Assembly (NCBI RefSeq): GCF_009834535.1
Contig: NC_045697.1
Coordinates: 107,882,001 to 107,946,000 of the forward strand
Direction of reading: 5' to 3'
DNA: 64,000 bases
Origin: Camelus ferus
Lineage: Eukaryota
A program made the translations under genes and the position numbers. The stretch's first letter is position 1; the number at the start of each line of letters is the position of its first letter. The notes beneath the pieces were generated by a model that saw only the letters and a program-made list of their open reading frames with translations, did not search any database and was not told the DNA's origin. Of this stretch, positions 1 to 14,204 are shown one piece after another.

Positions 1-957
1 GTTTCCGTGTGATCTTCATGCAGTCCTGTTTGAGTCTTTCTGTATTAGACAGTCAGGCAATTGATGTCAGTAAGGCAGTTGACGACCTGTATTCTGCTCT
101 TAGGAAGACAAAGAAACATATATAAGCTCTTAAACTGTTCCTAATCAAACATTTAAAAATTAAAATTTTGATGCTTTTAGCATCAAATCCTCAGCTCTTT
201 GAAATTGACTTCTTCAAGAGTTCTGTTTCCTGAAAGATCGATGTTTTACTGCACGGAAAAATCACACCACATAGAAAAAGGTCATTTGTATTATTAAAAA
301 AGTCAGTTATTTCATAAGCAGTAAACACTTTATAAATAATACTTTACATGTGTTATTCAGTTATAAAAATTTGACTTGACACTTTCCAGAAACATATCTG
401 AATATCTGCAACTTTGTGTCTGTATCTCTCATTTGCTATTTCTTATTTTATTATTTTGTTTGCTAAATCATATGTGTAACCCGTCTTCCTGGACAGAAAA
501 TATGTTCTAGTGTTTCTAGCTCCTTGTACATAGCAGGTCCCCATAAAGGTTTATTGAATGACTAATAATGAAACAAGTCATACTGAGTTTTCTAATTAAT
601 CCTTTACTGACCATGGAAATACTTTCTATTATCTTTTCTTTCCCCATCGTGATCACACACTAAAATCTTTATGGTATTTGAACTGCATCTGCTGATTGGA
701 GTTGTTGGAGCCCTTGAATTGCCTCTTTATGCCGTTGCGTTTCCCCTTATGACTTAAAGGGCGGAAACAGCACGAGGTATTGTGGAATGTGAATAGGTTA
801 TGGGCTTCAGATGAAGCTCTGAAGTGTGTGCTCGGGACAGGCATGTTCTTACCTTGATGAAGTCACTGCAGTGAGGCCGGGGGCTGTAGGGGAGAGGGGA
901 GGCGTGTATCACAGCATCGGGAGGCTGCTTACCTGTGCACACTGTCATTGGTCCCAG

Positions 958-1125
958 GTGACTGTGGAGGAGGTCATGACCACAACTGCCTATCTGGACC
1001 TTTTCCTGCGGAGCATCTCCGAGCCAGCTCTACTTGAGATCTTCCTCCGTTTTATCCTGTTGCACCAGCACGAGAACGTCCACATCCTAGATACTCTCAC
1101 GAGCAGAATCAACACCCCATTTCGG
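958..1125 (+). CDS. FHIP1A: FHF complex subunit HOOK-interacting protein 1A (FAM160A1), internal coding exon VTVEEVMTTTAYLDLFLRSISEP...RINTPFR
   Basis: cccag|GTG acceptor and CGG|gtaag donor; 168 nt, phase 0/0; peptide recognisable as the FAM160/FHIP conserved domain. Confidence 0.93.
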
Positions 1126-1654
1126 GTAAGGAGAGCTCCAGAGGAAGGGGATTTATAACTCAGAACAGGTTTCAGGAGAGTTTGTTTTGGGGAATAAAAA
1201 TGAATATTCTCTTTCTCTCCTCCTCCTGTACCCCTCTTTATTTCTTTCAGCTGTTACTTTTTCTATTTTGGAAGAGAGAAAGTAGATAATTTGTTTAGCT
1301 CTCAGTAGCTCTTCTATCAGGGAGGTGGCACTTACTGCCTTTCTCAGGACATTTTTCTCAATTTGTCTGGATTGGCACATTCTTCTGTAGAACCAGCAGA
1401 ATGTGCTTCTGAGGAGTCAAGGTGCTGGGCTTAAGTGCAGGTAAAGCCAAGGAACTGAAGTGTATCAAGTCTGGGTATTAGCGATTTTATCTCTGTCCAC
1501 AAATGTTTTGAAATGCATGTCTGGGCAGTTGTGAATTAAGATAGTCATTCTTTAGTTTGGAGCTCTGATTAACTTTTATACCATTAGTGTAATCCTTTGC
1601 AATCCCCTCCTCAAAGGCTGTCTCTATTTAATTGCAATTATTGTTTTAAAAGCA

Positions 1655-1800
1655 AAGGTATATCTAAAGAAAATGAAAATACTAATTTGAAAAGATACAT
1701 ATGCTGCAATGTTCATAGCAGAAGTATTTACAATAGCTAGGATATGGAAGCAACCTAAGTGTCCATTAACAGATGAATGGTTAAAGAAGTGTGTATGCCT

Positions 1801-1846
<46 letters not shown>

Positions 1847-2285
1847 AATGGAATATTAGCCATTTGCAGCAACATGGATGAAACTAGAGGGTATTATGCT
1901 TAGTGAAGTAAGTTAGAACAGAGAAGGACAAATACTGTACATTACCACTTATATCTGGAATCTATCATTTATATCTGGAATCTAAAAAATAAAATGAATG
2001 AATATGACAAAAGAAATAGACTCACAGATACAGAGAACAAACTGATAGTTACCAGTGGGGAGAGGGAAGAGAGGAGGCAAGCTGGGGGTAGGGGAGTCAG
2101 AGGTACAAACTACTATGTATAAAATAAGTAAGCTACAAGGAAATATTGTACAGCACAGGGAACATAGCCAATATTTTATAATAACTTTAAATGGAGTATA
2201 TAATCTATGAAAATATTTAAATGCTATATTGTACACCTGAAACTAATATAATATTATAAAGCAACTATACTGGGGAAAAAAGCTC
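1655..2285 (+). mobile_element. 5'-truncated L1 3' end
   Basis: ORF2 C-terminal remnant (IARIWKQPKCP) followed by L1 3' UTR-like sequence; boundaries approximate. Confidence 0.8.
1804..1847. repeat. (CA)n microsatellite inside L1
   Basis: Directly visible long AC run. Confidence 0.95.
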
Positions 2286-3550
2286 CATTGAAATGCAAAA
2301 AAAGAGAACAAAGGGATAATTAACAGTGTTATTGAGTTTGTAACATATCTAGATGTAATGTGTATAACAGTAATAGCACAAAGAGGGGTGGTAAGAAGGA
2401 AAAGAGCTCTATAGGAGTAGTATTTCTGTTTTTCACTGCAGTTAATTTAGTATAAATCTGAAGTCGAATCTGATAAGATGTATCTGGTAAGGCCTAGAGC
2501 AACCACTAATAAAATTAATATAGTGAAAAAAGTCATTAAAGGAATTTAAACATTACAGTGGGGGAAATATTCATTTAATGTAAAAGAAGACAGTAAAATA
2601 GGAACAGAGGAACAAAAGAGACATCAGACATCTAGAAAAAAAGTAAAATGACAGACATAAATCCAATTATAATGATAATATTAAATGTAAACAGATTAAA
2701 AATTCAATCAAAAGGCTGAGACTGACAAGACTAGATAAAAATACAGGATCCAACTATATGCTGCCACCTGGAGATAAACTTTAGATTCAGTGATAACAGT
2801 AGATGGAATGTTAAGATGTTTAAAGATAGGTTATGCAAACAGCAACCAAAACAAAGCTGGAGTGGCTATACCAATAAGCCACAAAATAGGCTTTAAAACA
2901 AGACCTGTTACTAGAGAAAGAGGGACATTTAATAATGATAAAGGTTAACTCATCAGGAAGATACAGCAATTATGAATATATATGCATCTAAAAACAGAGC
3001 CCCCAAATTTATAAAGCAAAAAACTGATGAAATTTAAGGAAGAAATAGAAGATACAGCAATAGTTATTGGCTATTTCAACACTTTATTTTCCATAACAGA
3101 TAGAACAACTAGGCAGAAGATGAACAAAGAAATAGGAGACTTGAACAACATTGTAAAAAAACTAGATTTAACAGAGGTCTATAAAACACCCACCCAACAG
3201 CAGCAGAATACACATTCTCCTTGAGTGCACATGGAGCAAACACTTTCCAAGGCAGACCGTATGATAAGCCTCAATAATTTAAAGGGATTGAAATCATTCA
3301 AAGTGTGTTTATTGACCACAGTAGATTAAAATGAACGCTTATTAATAGAAAGAAAATTCACAGATACATAGAAATTAAGCAGTACTTCTAAATAACCAAT
3401 GGATCAAAGAAGAAGTCTCAAGGGAAATGAGAATATACTTTGAGATAAATGAGAATGAAGACAAAACATGTCAAAACTTATTGGATGCAGTATAGCACTG
3501 CTTAAAGGGAAATATACAGCTGTAAACACCTACATGAAAAAAGAAGAAAG

Positions 3551-4323
3551 GGTCATCATTAAAAAGTTCACAAATGATAAATGCTGGAGAGGGTGTGGAG
3601 AGGAGGGAACCCTCCTACACTGTTGGTGGGAATGTAGTTTGGTGCAGCCATTATGGAAAACAGTATAGAGATTCCTTAAAAAACTAAAAATAGACTTACC
3701 ATATGATCCAGCAATCCCACTCCTGGGTATATATCCAGGGGAACTCTAATTCAAAAAGATACATACACCCCAATATTCCAGCAGCACTATTTACAATAGC
3801 CAAGACATGGAAGCAACCCAAATGTCCATCAACAGATGACTGGATAAAGAAGATATGGTATATTTATCCAATGGAATACTACTCAGCCATAAAAAAGAAT
3901 GAAATAATGCCATTTGCAGCAGCATGGATGGACCTGGACATTGTCATCCTAAGTGAAGTAAGCCAGAAAGAGAAAGAAAAATACCATATGAAATCACTCA
4001 TATGTGGATTAAAAAAAAAAAAAAGACAAAAATGAACTTATTTACAAAACAAATAGACTCACAGACATAGAAAATAAACTTATGATTACCGGGGGGAAAA
4101 GGGAGTGGGAAGGATAAATTGGGAGTTTGAGATTTGCAGATACTAACTACTATATATAAAATAGATAAACAACAAGTTTCTACTGTATAGCACAGATATT
4201 CAATATCTTATAGTAACCTATAATGGAAAAGAATATATGTATGTATATGTATGACTGAAATATTATGCTGTACACCAGAAATTGGTACAACATTGTAAAC
4301 TGACTACTTCAATTAAAAAAAAA
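3551..4323 (+). mobile_element. Younger 5'-truncated L1 nested in the old L1
   Basis: ORF2 C-terminus ([18 protein letters not shown]), 3' UTR and poly(A); flanked by AAAAAAGAAGAAAG / AAAAAAGAAGCAAG. Confidence 0.85.
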
Positions 4324-4519
4324 AAAAAAGAAGCAAGATCTCAGAGCAGTAACCTAACCTTGCACTGTAAAACACTTGAAAAAGAAGAGCAAACTCAAAC
4401 CAAACAGGAAGAAGGGATTAATAAGGATTAGAGCAGATATTAATGAAATGGAGACTAGAAAAACAACAGAATCGACAAAACTGAGAGAAGAACAACAAAA
4501 CTGAAAGTTGGTTTTTTGA

Positions 4520-5182
4520 CCCTCCTAGGCTGCTGGTGAGAATGTAAACTGGTGCAGCCACTGTGGAAAACAGTGTGGTGGTTTCTGAAAAAACTGGAAA
4601 TAGAACTGTCGTACAACCCTGCAGTTCCACTCTGGGGTATATATCTGAAACAAAACAAAAATAAAAACATTAATTCAAAAAGGTGAATGCATCCCAATGT
4701 TTATAGCAGCACTATTTACAGTTGTCAGATACAGAAGGAACCTAAGTGTCCATCAACAGGAGACTGGATAAAAAAGATGTGGTATATATACAATGGAATA
4801 CTACTCAACCATAAAAAGAATGAAATTTTGCAATTTGCAGCAACATGGATGGACTTGGAGAATGTTATGCTAAGTGAAGTAAATCAGACAGGGAAAGACA
4901 AATACTGTATGATATTTCTTACATGTGGAATTTAGAAAATACAACTAACTGGTTAATAGAACAGAAAAGAAACAGACTCACAGATGGAGAGAAGGAACTA
5001 GTGGTTACCAGTAGGGGGCAGGAAGTAGAGGGGGCAAATTAAGAGTAAGGGGAAAAAAAAGAGTATTATGGGATTATTTGAAATCATGTGTGTGAAACTT
5101 GTCAAAATTGTAAAGCATTATAGAATTTAAAGAAACTTTCATTCAGTAAAAATAAATAAACAAAAAAACCCCTAAAAAGTAA
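4520..5182 (+). mobile_element. Second 5'-truncated L1 nested in the old L1
   Basis: L1 3' end with A-rich tail; flanked by AAAGTTGGTTTTTTGA / AAAGTTGGTTCTTGGA. Confidence 0.8.
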
Positions 5183-6700
5183 AAAGTTGGTTCTTGGAAA
5201 AGATTGACAACATTCACAAACTTTTAGCTAAGACTACCAAGAAAAAAATTGAGAAGACTCAAATTACTAAAATCCAGAATGAAAGAGAAGATATTACTAT
5301 GACTTTACAGAACTAAAAAGGATTACAAAGGAATACTATGAACAACTGTATGCCAAAATATTGGATAACTTAGATAAAACAGGCAAATTCTAGAAAGGCG
5401 CAAACTTCTGAAACTGATTCGAGAAGAAATCAAAAATCTATGAACAAGTTAAAACTTCTGTATTTCAAAGGACACCATTAAGAAATTGAGAAGACAATGC
5501 ACAAAATGGGAGGAAATCTTTGCAAGTCATGTTTCTGATAAGATGCTTGCATGCAGAATAATGAACTCCTGCGACTCACTAATAAGAAGACAGATACAGT
5601 GATTTGCTGGGGTTACTATGGCAACATATAGAAAGGACTCAGACTGGGGAAGGGAGGTGTTGAGTGGTAATTCTGGGAGACAGAGAAGAAAGATTTCCTA
5701 GGGGAAGTGATACCTAGGGTCAGCCTTTGAGAATAAGTTGGGGTTATCCTGTGGAGGAGACAGTGAAACACATACCAGGCAAAGGAACAGCATGTGCAAA
5801 GGCATGGAGTGAATGGGTTGAAGGATGTTGCTTCTGCCTCACTACAAGGCGTGACCCGTCCTGTGCACAAGAGATGTTTTGGGGCACGCCAAGTGCAGCT
5901 CTTCTCTCCAACACCATTATGGATTTCACCGACGAGGCTGTAAACCCATCCTGCCTAGAAGACAGACTAGCACTTACTCTCCTGTACAAAAGATGAGAGC
6001 CTAAATTACCTGAGTGGCTTGTTAGAAGGATAAAAGCTTACTCCCAAAAGGGCATGGTGATTTTGTAATGCCCCTTTGGGAACCTTCTCTGTTGGGCTGT
6101 TTCTCTCTCCTTTTTGGAAATCCGAGATTGCAAGAATTCTTGCAATTTTTAATGACCTTCTTAGACAAGTACATCGTCACACCCTCAGCACTACGGGAAA
6201 TGGAACCAAGGAGAATGTTTGCCTCAAAGCCAAAGAGACAAGCCAAGGGAGCTGGGGCTTGGGGTTGAGGACTCTGGAGAGAGTTGGCCAGGGTGTATGC
6301 AGTTTTCTGTTAGTCCTGTCTGGAAATAATCAATTTCACATTGAAGACAACCTAGGAAAACAAATGACATAGGGGATTGTGTGTGTGTGTTGGGGAGTGG
6401 TAGGTGGCATATTTATTTGGATCTTTGAAAGTTGGAAGTATGAACGTAGGCGTCTTGTAGGAGGGTAATTCTGTGTAATGGCATAATTCCAGGTGTATGC
6501 TGTCGAATCAAATCCTGTAGAACTGATGGCCTGAATATATACATTCTCTCTGGCAGCAGTGTGGGTTTTTTTTTTTAATCAAAATTTCTTTTTTAAAAAG
6601 GCCATTTTATTTGTAATTCTGATTTATTTACCTTCTGTGGGAAGGAGAGCTATCCTTCTAATATCTGAAATACAGTATGTGTTTGTTTATTGCTTCCCAG

Positions 6701-6780
6701 CTTTGTGTGGTGTCCCTGGCATTATTTAGAACTCTCATCGGTTTACATTGTGAAGATGTGATGTTACAGCTAGTTCTAAG
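6701..6780 (+). CDS. FHIP1A: FHIP1A coding exon LCVVSLALFRTLIGLHCEDVMLQLVL(R)
   Basis: ttcccag|CTT acceptor, AG|gtgagt donor; 80 nt, phase 0/2; continues the frame of the previous exon; too short for the ORF track. Confidence 0.92.
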
Positions 6781-7904
6781 GTGAGTTGCCATCTTTTATT
6801 CCTTTTAAAGAAAAACTCTATATTAATATTGTTGTTATATTTTTCTTTGGTAACATAAGCTAAGTAAGGCAGTGCTTCTAAGAAAGAAAATCATCAAGAA
6901 ATCAATTTCACTTCTGTATTATTTCTCAAGGTTAATTTTAGTTTTACTTTAAAAGTTTTTTGGGGGGGCCAAATGCATGATATTAAAAATATGCTCCTGG
7001 AAGGATTAAATAGAATGTTTGGAAACTTTCAGAAGTATTGTGAAAGCTCTTGTGATCTGTAGCTGAGTGTCTTTCTCCAGAAGCTCATTTTTGGGCGACT
7101 CATGTTATTGAAAACAACTTTCCTAAGTATGAAATGCTGTGGATGTGTAATTTCTATGCCTCTTGCTTTCGTGACAGTGCACCTACAGTATGCACTATCT
7201 GACCTGTGAATGTTTCAATTGAACTCAGTAAACATTTAATGAGTACTTTCTGTATACAATTCAGAAGAGAAGAAGGCACAGAGTGGATGGATTGAAAAGG
7301 GCTTGTATGTATACCAGGTAGAAAAGGTACACTCTTCCCAAGTACGGGTGGGCAAGGTGTCACGGAGTGGCTGGTGGCTGAAGACGGGTATCCGGAGTCA
7401 GGATGAACTGCTATCAAGACGTTGTTAGTTTGGTCGTTTGGCAGGAGACTCAGGGACATCAAATCCTGCCTTGGCCCAGCAGTGCCTCTCTTCTCAGGGT
7501 CCCCTAGGGAAGCATCTGCTTTGTGAAGGGAGAGAGAGCTGATAAGGGTTTGTCTGCCCACACTCCCCTCTGGTGATGTGGAAGCAGAAAGGAAAAAGCC
7601 AGCCAGGTCCTTGGCATGTGAGTCTCCACCCCCTCTTTCCTTGTTGGGCTTTCTGATCCTGCCTCTGACCCCTTCTTGGGTGGAAGGGCAGGAGGAGCTG
7701 AGGGCAGGGCAAGAGGAGGAGACTTGGGCTGTCCCTGGTCTCCACTGGGGTCTAGACGTGATGTGAGGAGACTCACTGTGGAGACAGCATTCCCACGGAG
7801 TAGCCGTGGAAAAGTTGGAGGGTGGCCAAGTGAGATCCTGGGAACAGCAGTGGAGGCGTCACCCAGGAGCATGTTAGGGATGCACCTGCTGGCCTTCTCC
7901 CCTG

Positions 7905-8004
7905 TGTGCTGATCAGAAACCCTGGGGGTGGGTGGGGTCCAGCAAGTCGTGTTTTAACAGACTCTCTGGGGGATTCTGATGGTGGCTAAGTCTGAGAACC
8001 TCTG
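7905..8004. mobile_element. MER5A-like hAT DNA transposon fragment
   Basis: Resembles recalled MER5A consensus (tcagaaac...ggggtccagcaa...gttttaac...gattctgatg...tgagaacctctg). Confidence 0.5.
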
Positions 8005-9117
8005 TTTTGAGGAAGGGTGCAGTGCATGGTGCCCTGCAGAAGGGGGCGGTAACAGTGCTGGGGTTGGGGTGAGGCGGTGGTGACACAAGGGTGGGGGCCT
8101 CACGGAGTTACCGTTTCAGGGGAGAGTATCGCCCATTAATTTTTTTAGTGTAAAGAGAGGTTTGGGACATTTTAGGGATTTAGATCAGGTCATCAGTAGC
8201 TAATCTTAGGGCATTAGCAAAGAACAAATCCGATCATAAAGAAACACCCTGGGTAGTCGGGGGAGAGTGTCATTTATCTGTCCTAAAAGGATTACGTTAG
8301 CTTCCCCTCAAGTCTCTACTGATAGGACAGAATGCATTAGCAGGGCCTGGAGGAAATGCATCTGAGCAACTTGTTAAATCCTTTTTGACTGACAAAAACC
8401 AGACTTTGCCTCCAGCAAGGGTAAATCCTGATTATATTTCAATGTGAAATTCTCGAATGCCGCTTCTTTGATGGCCTAGAGAACAGCTGTCTTTTCCGTG
8501 TCCCTGGAGCCCGGCCCTGCTTGGGGACGCAGAGCATCCCGGCTCTGGGTCACTGGGTGAGACTGAGCCCAGGTGGTGGAAGCTTCTGTTCAGTGACCTG
8601 TATGAGGTGAACTCTGATCACCCTCATCCACTCCTAAAGCTGTGCTTGTGTACGAACTGTCTTTGGAGGTTGTATTAAAGCTTCTTTTGAGACCCAGACC
8701 TGTACCTTACAAAGGTGAAGAAATCAGCTTGTGGTTGAAATATTCACATGTCCATGTCAAGGCCTGTCATTCCCAGGGCGAGTGAGGACGAGTCATTTCC
8801 CGGAAAGTGCCCAGAGGGCGCGTTGTCACAGGTTCTGAGTGGAGTTGTGGAAAGGGTGCCGGGCATGACCACCTGGTCCTGAGTTTCTTCTCTGTTTCCT
8901 TAATGAGAATGCTGATGATACTGTGATAATAGGAGCTACCCTTTATTTAATGCTTTCTGTATTTCTAATCCTACTGCACATCCCTGAGGGATCTGTGAAA
9001 AGCAAGTGAGAGGACAGACAGACACAAAAGTCGGCACATGGGAGACACAGAGGAAACCTCTGTTCCCGGTCTGTGTCCTCTGAACTGCTGATCTCCCCCT
9101 GGCCCCACATTTAACAA

Positions 9118-9790
9118 TTATTTTTAATTGTAGTAAAATACACAAAACCTAAAATCTACCATCTTAACCATATGGTTCAGTGGCATTAAATGCATTCACA
9201 TTGTTGTATAGCCACGACCACCATCGGTCTCCAGAGCTGTTTTCTCTTTTTAGAAGAAACACTCTGTCCCCGTTAAACAACAGGTCCCCATTTCTCCCAC
9301 CCTCAGCTCCTGGCAGCCACCCTTCTTTCTGTCTTTCTGGCTTTGACTGGGCTAGGTCCCTCATGTAAGCAGACTCATACAGTATTTGTCTTTTTGTGCC
9401 AGACTTACTTCACTTGGCACATTGTCTTCCAGGTTCATCCATGTTGTGTCATGTGTCAGAATTTCCTTCCTTTTTAAGGCTGCATAATTTTCCAGTGTTT
9501 ATTCCACATTTTGTTTATCCATTTATCTACTGATGGACATTTTGGGTTGCTTTCATTTTCGGCTGTCGTGAATATTGCTGCTGTGAACAGGGGTGTACAG
9601 ATATCTTTCCTCAAGACCCTGCTCTCAATTCTTTTATGTATGTACCCAGAAGTGGAATTGCTGGATCATATGGTAATTCTATCTAATTTTTTTTGTTGTT
9701 TTCCATAACAGCCTGCACATTTTACGTGCCCACCAATAGTGCATGGGATTCCAGTTTCTCCATAGCCCCTCCAAATAGTTGTTATTTTCT
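9118..9790 (-). mobile_element. Ancient L1 (L1MB-like) 3' end
   Basis: Reverse-strand L1 3' UTR pattern (ttgtagtaaaatacac...cagtggcattaaatgcattcac...ggaattgctggatcatatgg). Confidence 0.8.
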
Positions 9791-10225
9791 GTTAAAACAA
9801 AAATGGCATTTTGATAATCAAGCAAAAATGACAGGCAGATTTGAAGAACCAGCTGGGGGTTTTAGAAGTAAGAACTGTAATTATTAAAATGAAAAATGAG
9901 TAGGGTAAATAACATTTAAACTACAGATTAAGAGAGAATGAATGAACTAGAAGATAGATTTGAAACGTTACTACTAAGTTTGCAGCAGTAAGTAATAAGG
10001 AGGTTTAAAAATATGAGGACGAAGCTGTGAACAATGGTGACTGGAATGATAAGATGTAACGTATGCAGTTAGAGCCTCTTGACCTATTCTGGTTTTGGAA
10101 TTTGTATCTCACAAGGGTTTTTGGAGGATCAACTGTGGTAATATCTGTGAAAATGTCTTGAGACACTGTAATATACCATACAAATTTAAAGGAGGGGAAT
10201 TTTCTAGAAAATGCATTTTAAACTG

Positions 10226-10834
10226 TAGTAGTCCCCTGTACTCACAGTTTTGCTTTCCAAGGTTTCCCATGGTCAACTGTGGTCTAAAAATATTAAATGG
10301 AAAATTCCAGTAATAAACAATTCATAAGTTTTAAATTATGCACTGTTCTGAGTAGGGTGGTAGAATCTCACACCGTCCCCCAAACAGTGACATCGTCATG
10401 GCTCAGTGGTCCAGGCTCACCTTCAGCAGGTGGCCCTCCTTCTGACAGTATGTCAGAAGGTCAGAATAGCCTAACCCTGCATCACCACGCCTACATCACT
10501 CACCTCACTTCAGCTCATCAGGTAGGCATTTTATCATCTCCCATCATCACAAGAAGGAGGATGAGGACACTACAATAAGATATTTTGAGAGAGAGAGAAA
10601 CTACATTCACAGAACTTATTTTTTACAGTTTATTATTAGAATTGTTCTGTCTTATTACCAGCTATTGTTCATCTCTTACTGAGCCTAATGTATAAGTTAA
10701 GCTTTATCATAGGTTTGTATGTATAAGAAAAATGCAACATATATAGGGTTCGGTACTGTCCACGGTTTCAGGTATCACTGGGGGTCTTGGAATGTATCCC
10801 CCACAGATAAGAAGGGATAAGAAGGGAGTTACTG
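10226..10834. mobile_element. MER44/Tigger7-like non-autonomous DNA transposon
   Basis: Termini tagtagtcccc and gggagttactg followed by TA (degenerate TIRs); internal ggtcaactgtggtctaaaaatattaaatggaaaattccag matches recalled MER44 consensus. Confidence 0.8.
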
Positions 10835-13800
10835 TAATGAAAACAATGTTTTTTTTCTGCTTTAGAATCTGTACCAAAAGCAAAGACAATGAAAAGTCCT
10901 TATTTAGTCATTTCAATTTTATTTTAAGGGACACAAAAAATAGATTTATAATCTGTCCTTTTTGTTGTTACCACTGTAGCCATTGAAATGTACATGACAG
11001 ACTTGTAGATCTGCGAGGCAGTAGAGCCATGAAGGTTACATGAATCCTTCTAATGAAGTTATTTGTTACATGATAAATAATACCTGCATCCATTTTTGTT
11101 GCAACCCAAATACTCTTAATTATTGACATTGCAAAACGATAATCCATTTGTAACTGATCTGTTTATTTCCTTTAGCAAAATACTAGAAAGGTAAGTTAAA
11201 ATAAGGAACCCCAGAAGAGAGGCTATTTAAGCAAGCAGGAAACCAAGGAGAGGTTGTCCACCTTCAGGGATGTGACACACGTTAGACCAAAGGCCGGCAG
11301 GAAATGCTGACAAGCAGTGAAGGGACACATCACCCCCATGTTCTTGGCACTTCTCAGTTTGGGCAACATTTAATTGCTTAATACCCTGAATGCCTATTTC
11401 TGAACATTCTGGTTGGGGTGTTTTTTCCAGAAGGGCCGGTCCTTTGTCAGGCTTGTAAACTGCATTGCCTGCTGTATTCAGATAGAGGCTGCTTTGCTTG
11501 AAGAGAAGCTGCGCGAGCACTTCAGAAACATTTCCATTTTGTATGGGTGTTAGGTGTCTAGAGGAGAGGGGAAAAAAAAAAAAAAGTCAGCCTAGGGTAA
11601 GACGAATAGGAGAAATATGGCCAGGATGTCTTTGTGAAACTAACAAGTATTTGAAATTCACTAAGGTTGCTTTTGAGATTTTTGCCTTTTGGTGCATTGA
11701 TGATAACATCTCATAAGAAGCACTCTGTTTACATCCTCGGACTTCACGGCTTTGTTTGTTTTTATTGTCATTGTAGCAATAGACAATACATGTCCCTTGT
11801 TATTGATTGGTTGTTACTGAATTGTTTCGAAAGTGATAATGATTTGTTTTAATGAGTGATATCCAGGAAAACAGAAAACAGATCCAGGGTTCCAGAGGGT
11901 TGGGGAAATCATGAAAAAAGGGCGGACAATGTGGGCAATATTTTTTTTTTCCTGCTATATTGCGGGATGGTGTTGAGTAAGCTGGATCTCTCAAATCAGT
12001 CATTTACTAGTCTCTGATCATTTTTTTACCACTTTCTGAGTTTAAATAATATCCCCAAACAAAATAAGTGTAGTTTAAATGTAGTTTGATGACAGATATC
12101 TATACTGAATTCCTAAGTGATTTTTCTGCTATTCAGCCACTTCATTTCGATACTTGACACTTGGGGAGCTTCTGATTTTATTCTGTTTCTCATCTTTCCC
12201 AGTAAATGACGGAAAGACAGAGTGACCATGTATGGTTTTCCTGCTCTCCCCCAGGACAGTCCTTCATTATAAAGGCACAGTAATAGGAGAGCTGCTTTGA
12301 ATACAGGGTGTTATTCATTTGAGCTGACTCTCCAATTTCCAATTTTATAGAAAGAACCTCCTCCTTCAACCTATGGGGATCTTCCTTTATTCGATTTACT
12401 CCGAAGAAAATTCTTGGTTTCTACTGAAGGCGTGTATTTGCAAAGTTGCAAATTCCCAGTAACTCTTTATTCTAATACAGTTTCAAGCTACCCACTGGTG
12501 ATACTTGATAAATAGCTTTATTAGGTTTGATCCAGTGTTCTTTTTTTTTTTTTTTTTCAGTACTTCAAACATAGAGTAGAAATCTATGTATATCGGCTTT
12601 AATCATGAAATAGGCTTGGGTTGGGCTATAAGTAGTCGTTGAGTTCCTGCAGTATATAAAAGCATCAAAGCAGTTTATTTCTTAAATAATTAATAATCAA
12701 AATAAGGATACAATAAATCTTGTGCGATCTGAATTTCCTTGGGCCTTACCAGCTTATGAGAACAGGAGGGTTCATGTCAACACCCACAGGATAGGTTTCC
12801 CTGCCTCTTAACCCCGCCCCTCATCTAAGACCTTGGCATCAGCCATCACTTCTGGGAGGGTCCCAAGGGAGGGGTCTTACATGCGTTCGCGGACAAGCCT
12901 GTCCCCCACCACGGCTACTGTAGCACCTTGGCCGTGGCCTTCTCATCTGCTGAGCTCCCTGGGTTGGAGCCCTCCCCTCTCCTGAGAGCACATGGGGCCT
13001 GCAGTGTTGGAGAGGCACTGCTTTTCCTTGTGTCTTCAAGGCGAGAGCGGTGCTGGGTTCAGATTGGTGGGAGAAGCATCATTCTTGGTCAGCAAAACAT
13101 CTCTTCCCCCAGAAATCCTTGTGAAAAGAGCGCCTTCATTTTCTACCTCCAGCATTCTGTTTCTTCTCCCGTAGGGCTCAGGTCCATGTTCCCAAAGCTG
13201 GGCCAGGAGTTAGAACAGAACTGCTCTGTTTCCCAGACTGCCCTCCTCTGTCCTTCCTTCTTATTCTTATAAGCTTTGACTTTCACGCAGCTGAACATAG
13301 GAAAACAGACGCCACCACGTAAGACTTGCGGGTGTGCCTGGATCTTAGTGATAGCCGTTTCGGCTCAGGTGTGTGTGTGTGTGTTGTATGTGGGGAGGGG
13401 AGACTAGGACCCCTTACCTGCTACATAGTTAGGTTTGGGCTGATTGAAGCACAGTTTGATTTTTTTCATTTGTTTTTGAAAATGGAAGGTTAAGTGCAAA
13501 TTTATCATTTTATCCTTTGAAAGTTATTAAGGCCTTTGAGTGTAAAATGCTATGAAGAAAATGAAATCTCTTCTCTGCCTGGACTCAGGCACTCAGCAGT
13601 CTGTCAGTCATTCATGTAAACAGGTTTTCCTCTTTCAGATGAACAGGAGCTGCAGGAGGAACAGGAGCTTAATGTTTACTAGGCCCCAAACATACCCTGG
13701 AAGTTGTACTTTTACCTGTTTCACTGAATCCTTAATCATAGCTTGTATTCCTTTGTACTGCCTCTTCTCAAAACCTAAACACAGAAACAAAAACATTCTG

Positions 13801-14204
13801 GTTTATTGAAGATTGTGGTTGTTCACATACAGGCTCAGGGTCTCTGGAACTGGCTCCTGCACAGACATGGGACACTTGGCTCTGGCCGTGAGACCTCCAT
13901 CCAGTTTGTTCCAGTCTTTGTTTAAGTAAACAGCATGGTCTTTCTCCCTGTTAAGAAAGAAAGCTATTTAAAGGCACTTTGTTCTACCCACAAAGCCTGT
14001 GTTGTGCTCCAAGTGTGTCAGAAACAGTTGCCCGGGTTTTCTTCTTTCCAGCTTCATACTGATACCAAGAGGCTCTGATCACCAACCAAAAGCGTTTTGT
14101 GTGAAATGGGGCCCAGCGCTCCCCAGTGAGTCCTTGGCCACTATCGTACTCTGATTTGTAATAAGAACTATACTGCTTAGTCTTCTCCCTATTTCTTTTT
14201 CCAC

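Larger units (their letters stand above)
2300..5590 (+). mobile_element. Old degenerate L1 (spacer, ORF2 endonuclease region and later ORF2 pieces) interrupted by two younger L1 insertions
   Basis: Decayed EN-like coding sequence at ~2650-3550, resuming at ~4338-4519 and ~5183-5590. Confidence 0.75.

Noticed and set aside
1949..1984. Short direct repeat TTATATCTGGAATCTA x2 (also GATAAGAAGG x2 near 10806)
   Set aside because: Local slippage duplications inside old transposons; only two units, no array structure.
3468..4935. ORFs with CWRGCGE / WKQPKCP motifs
   Set aside because: Decayed L1 ORF2 C-terminal fragments from 5'-truncated copies, not host genes.
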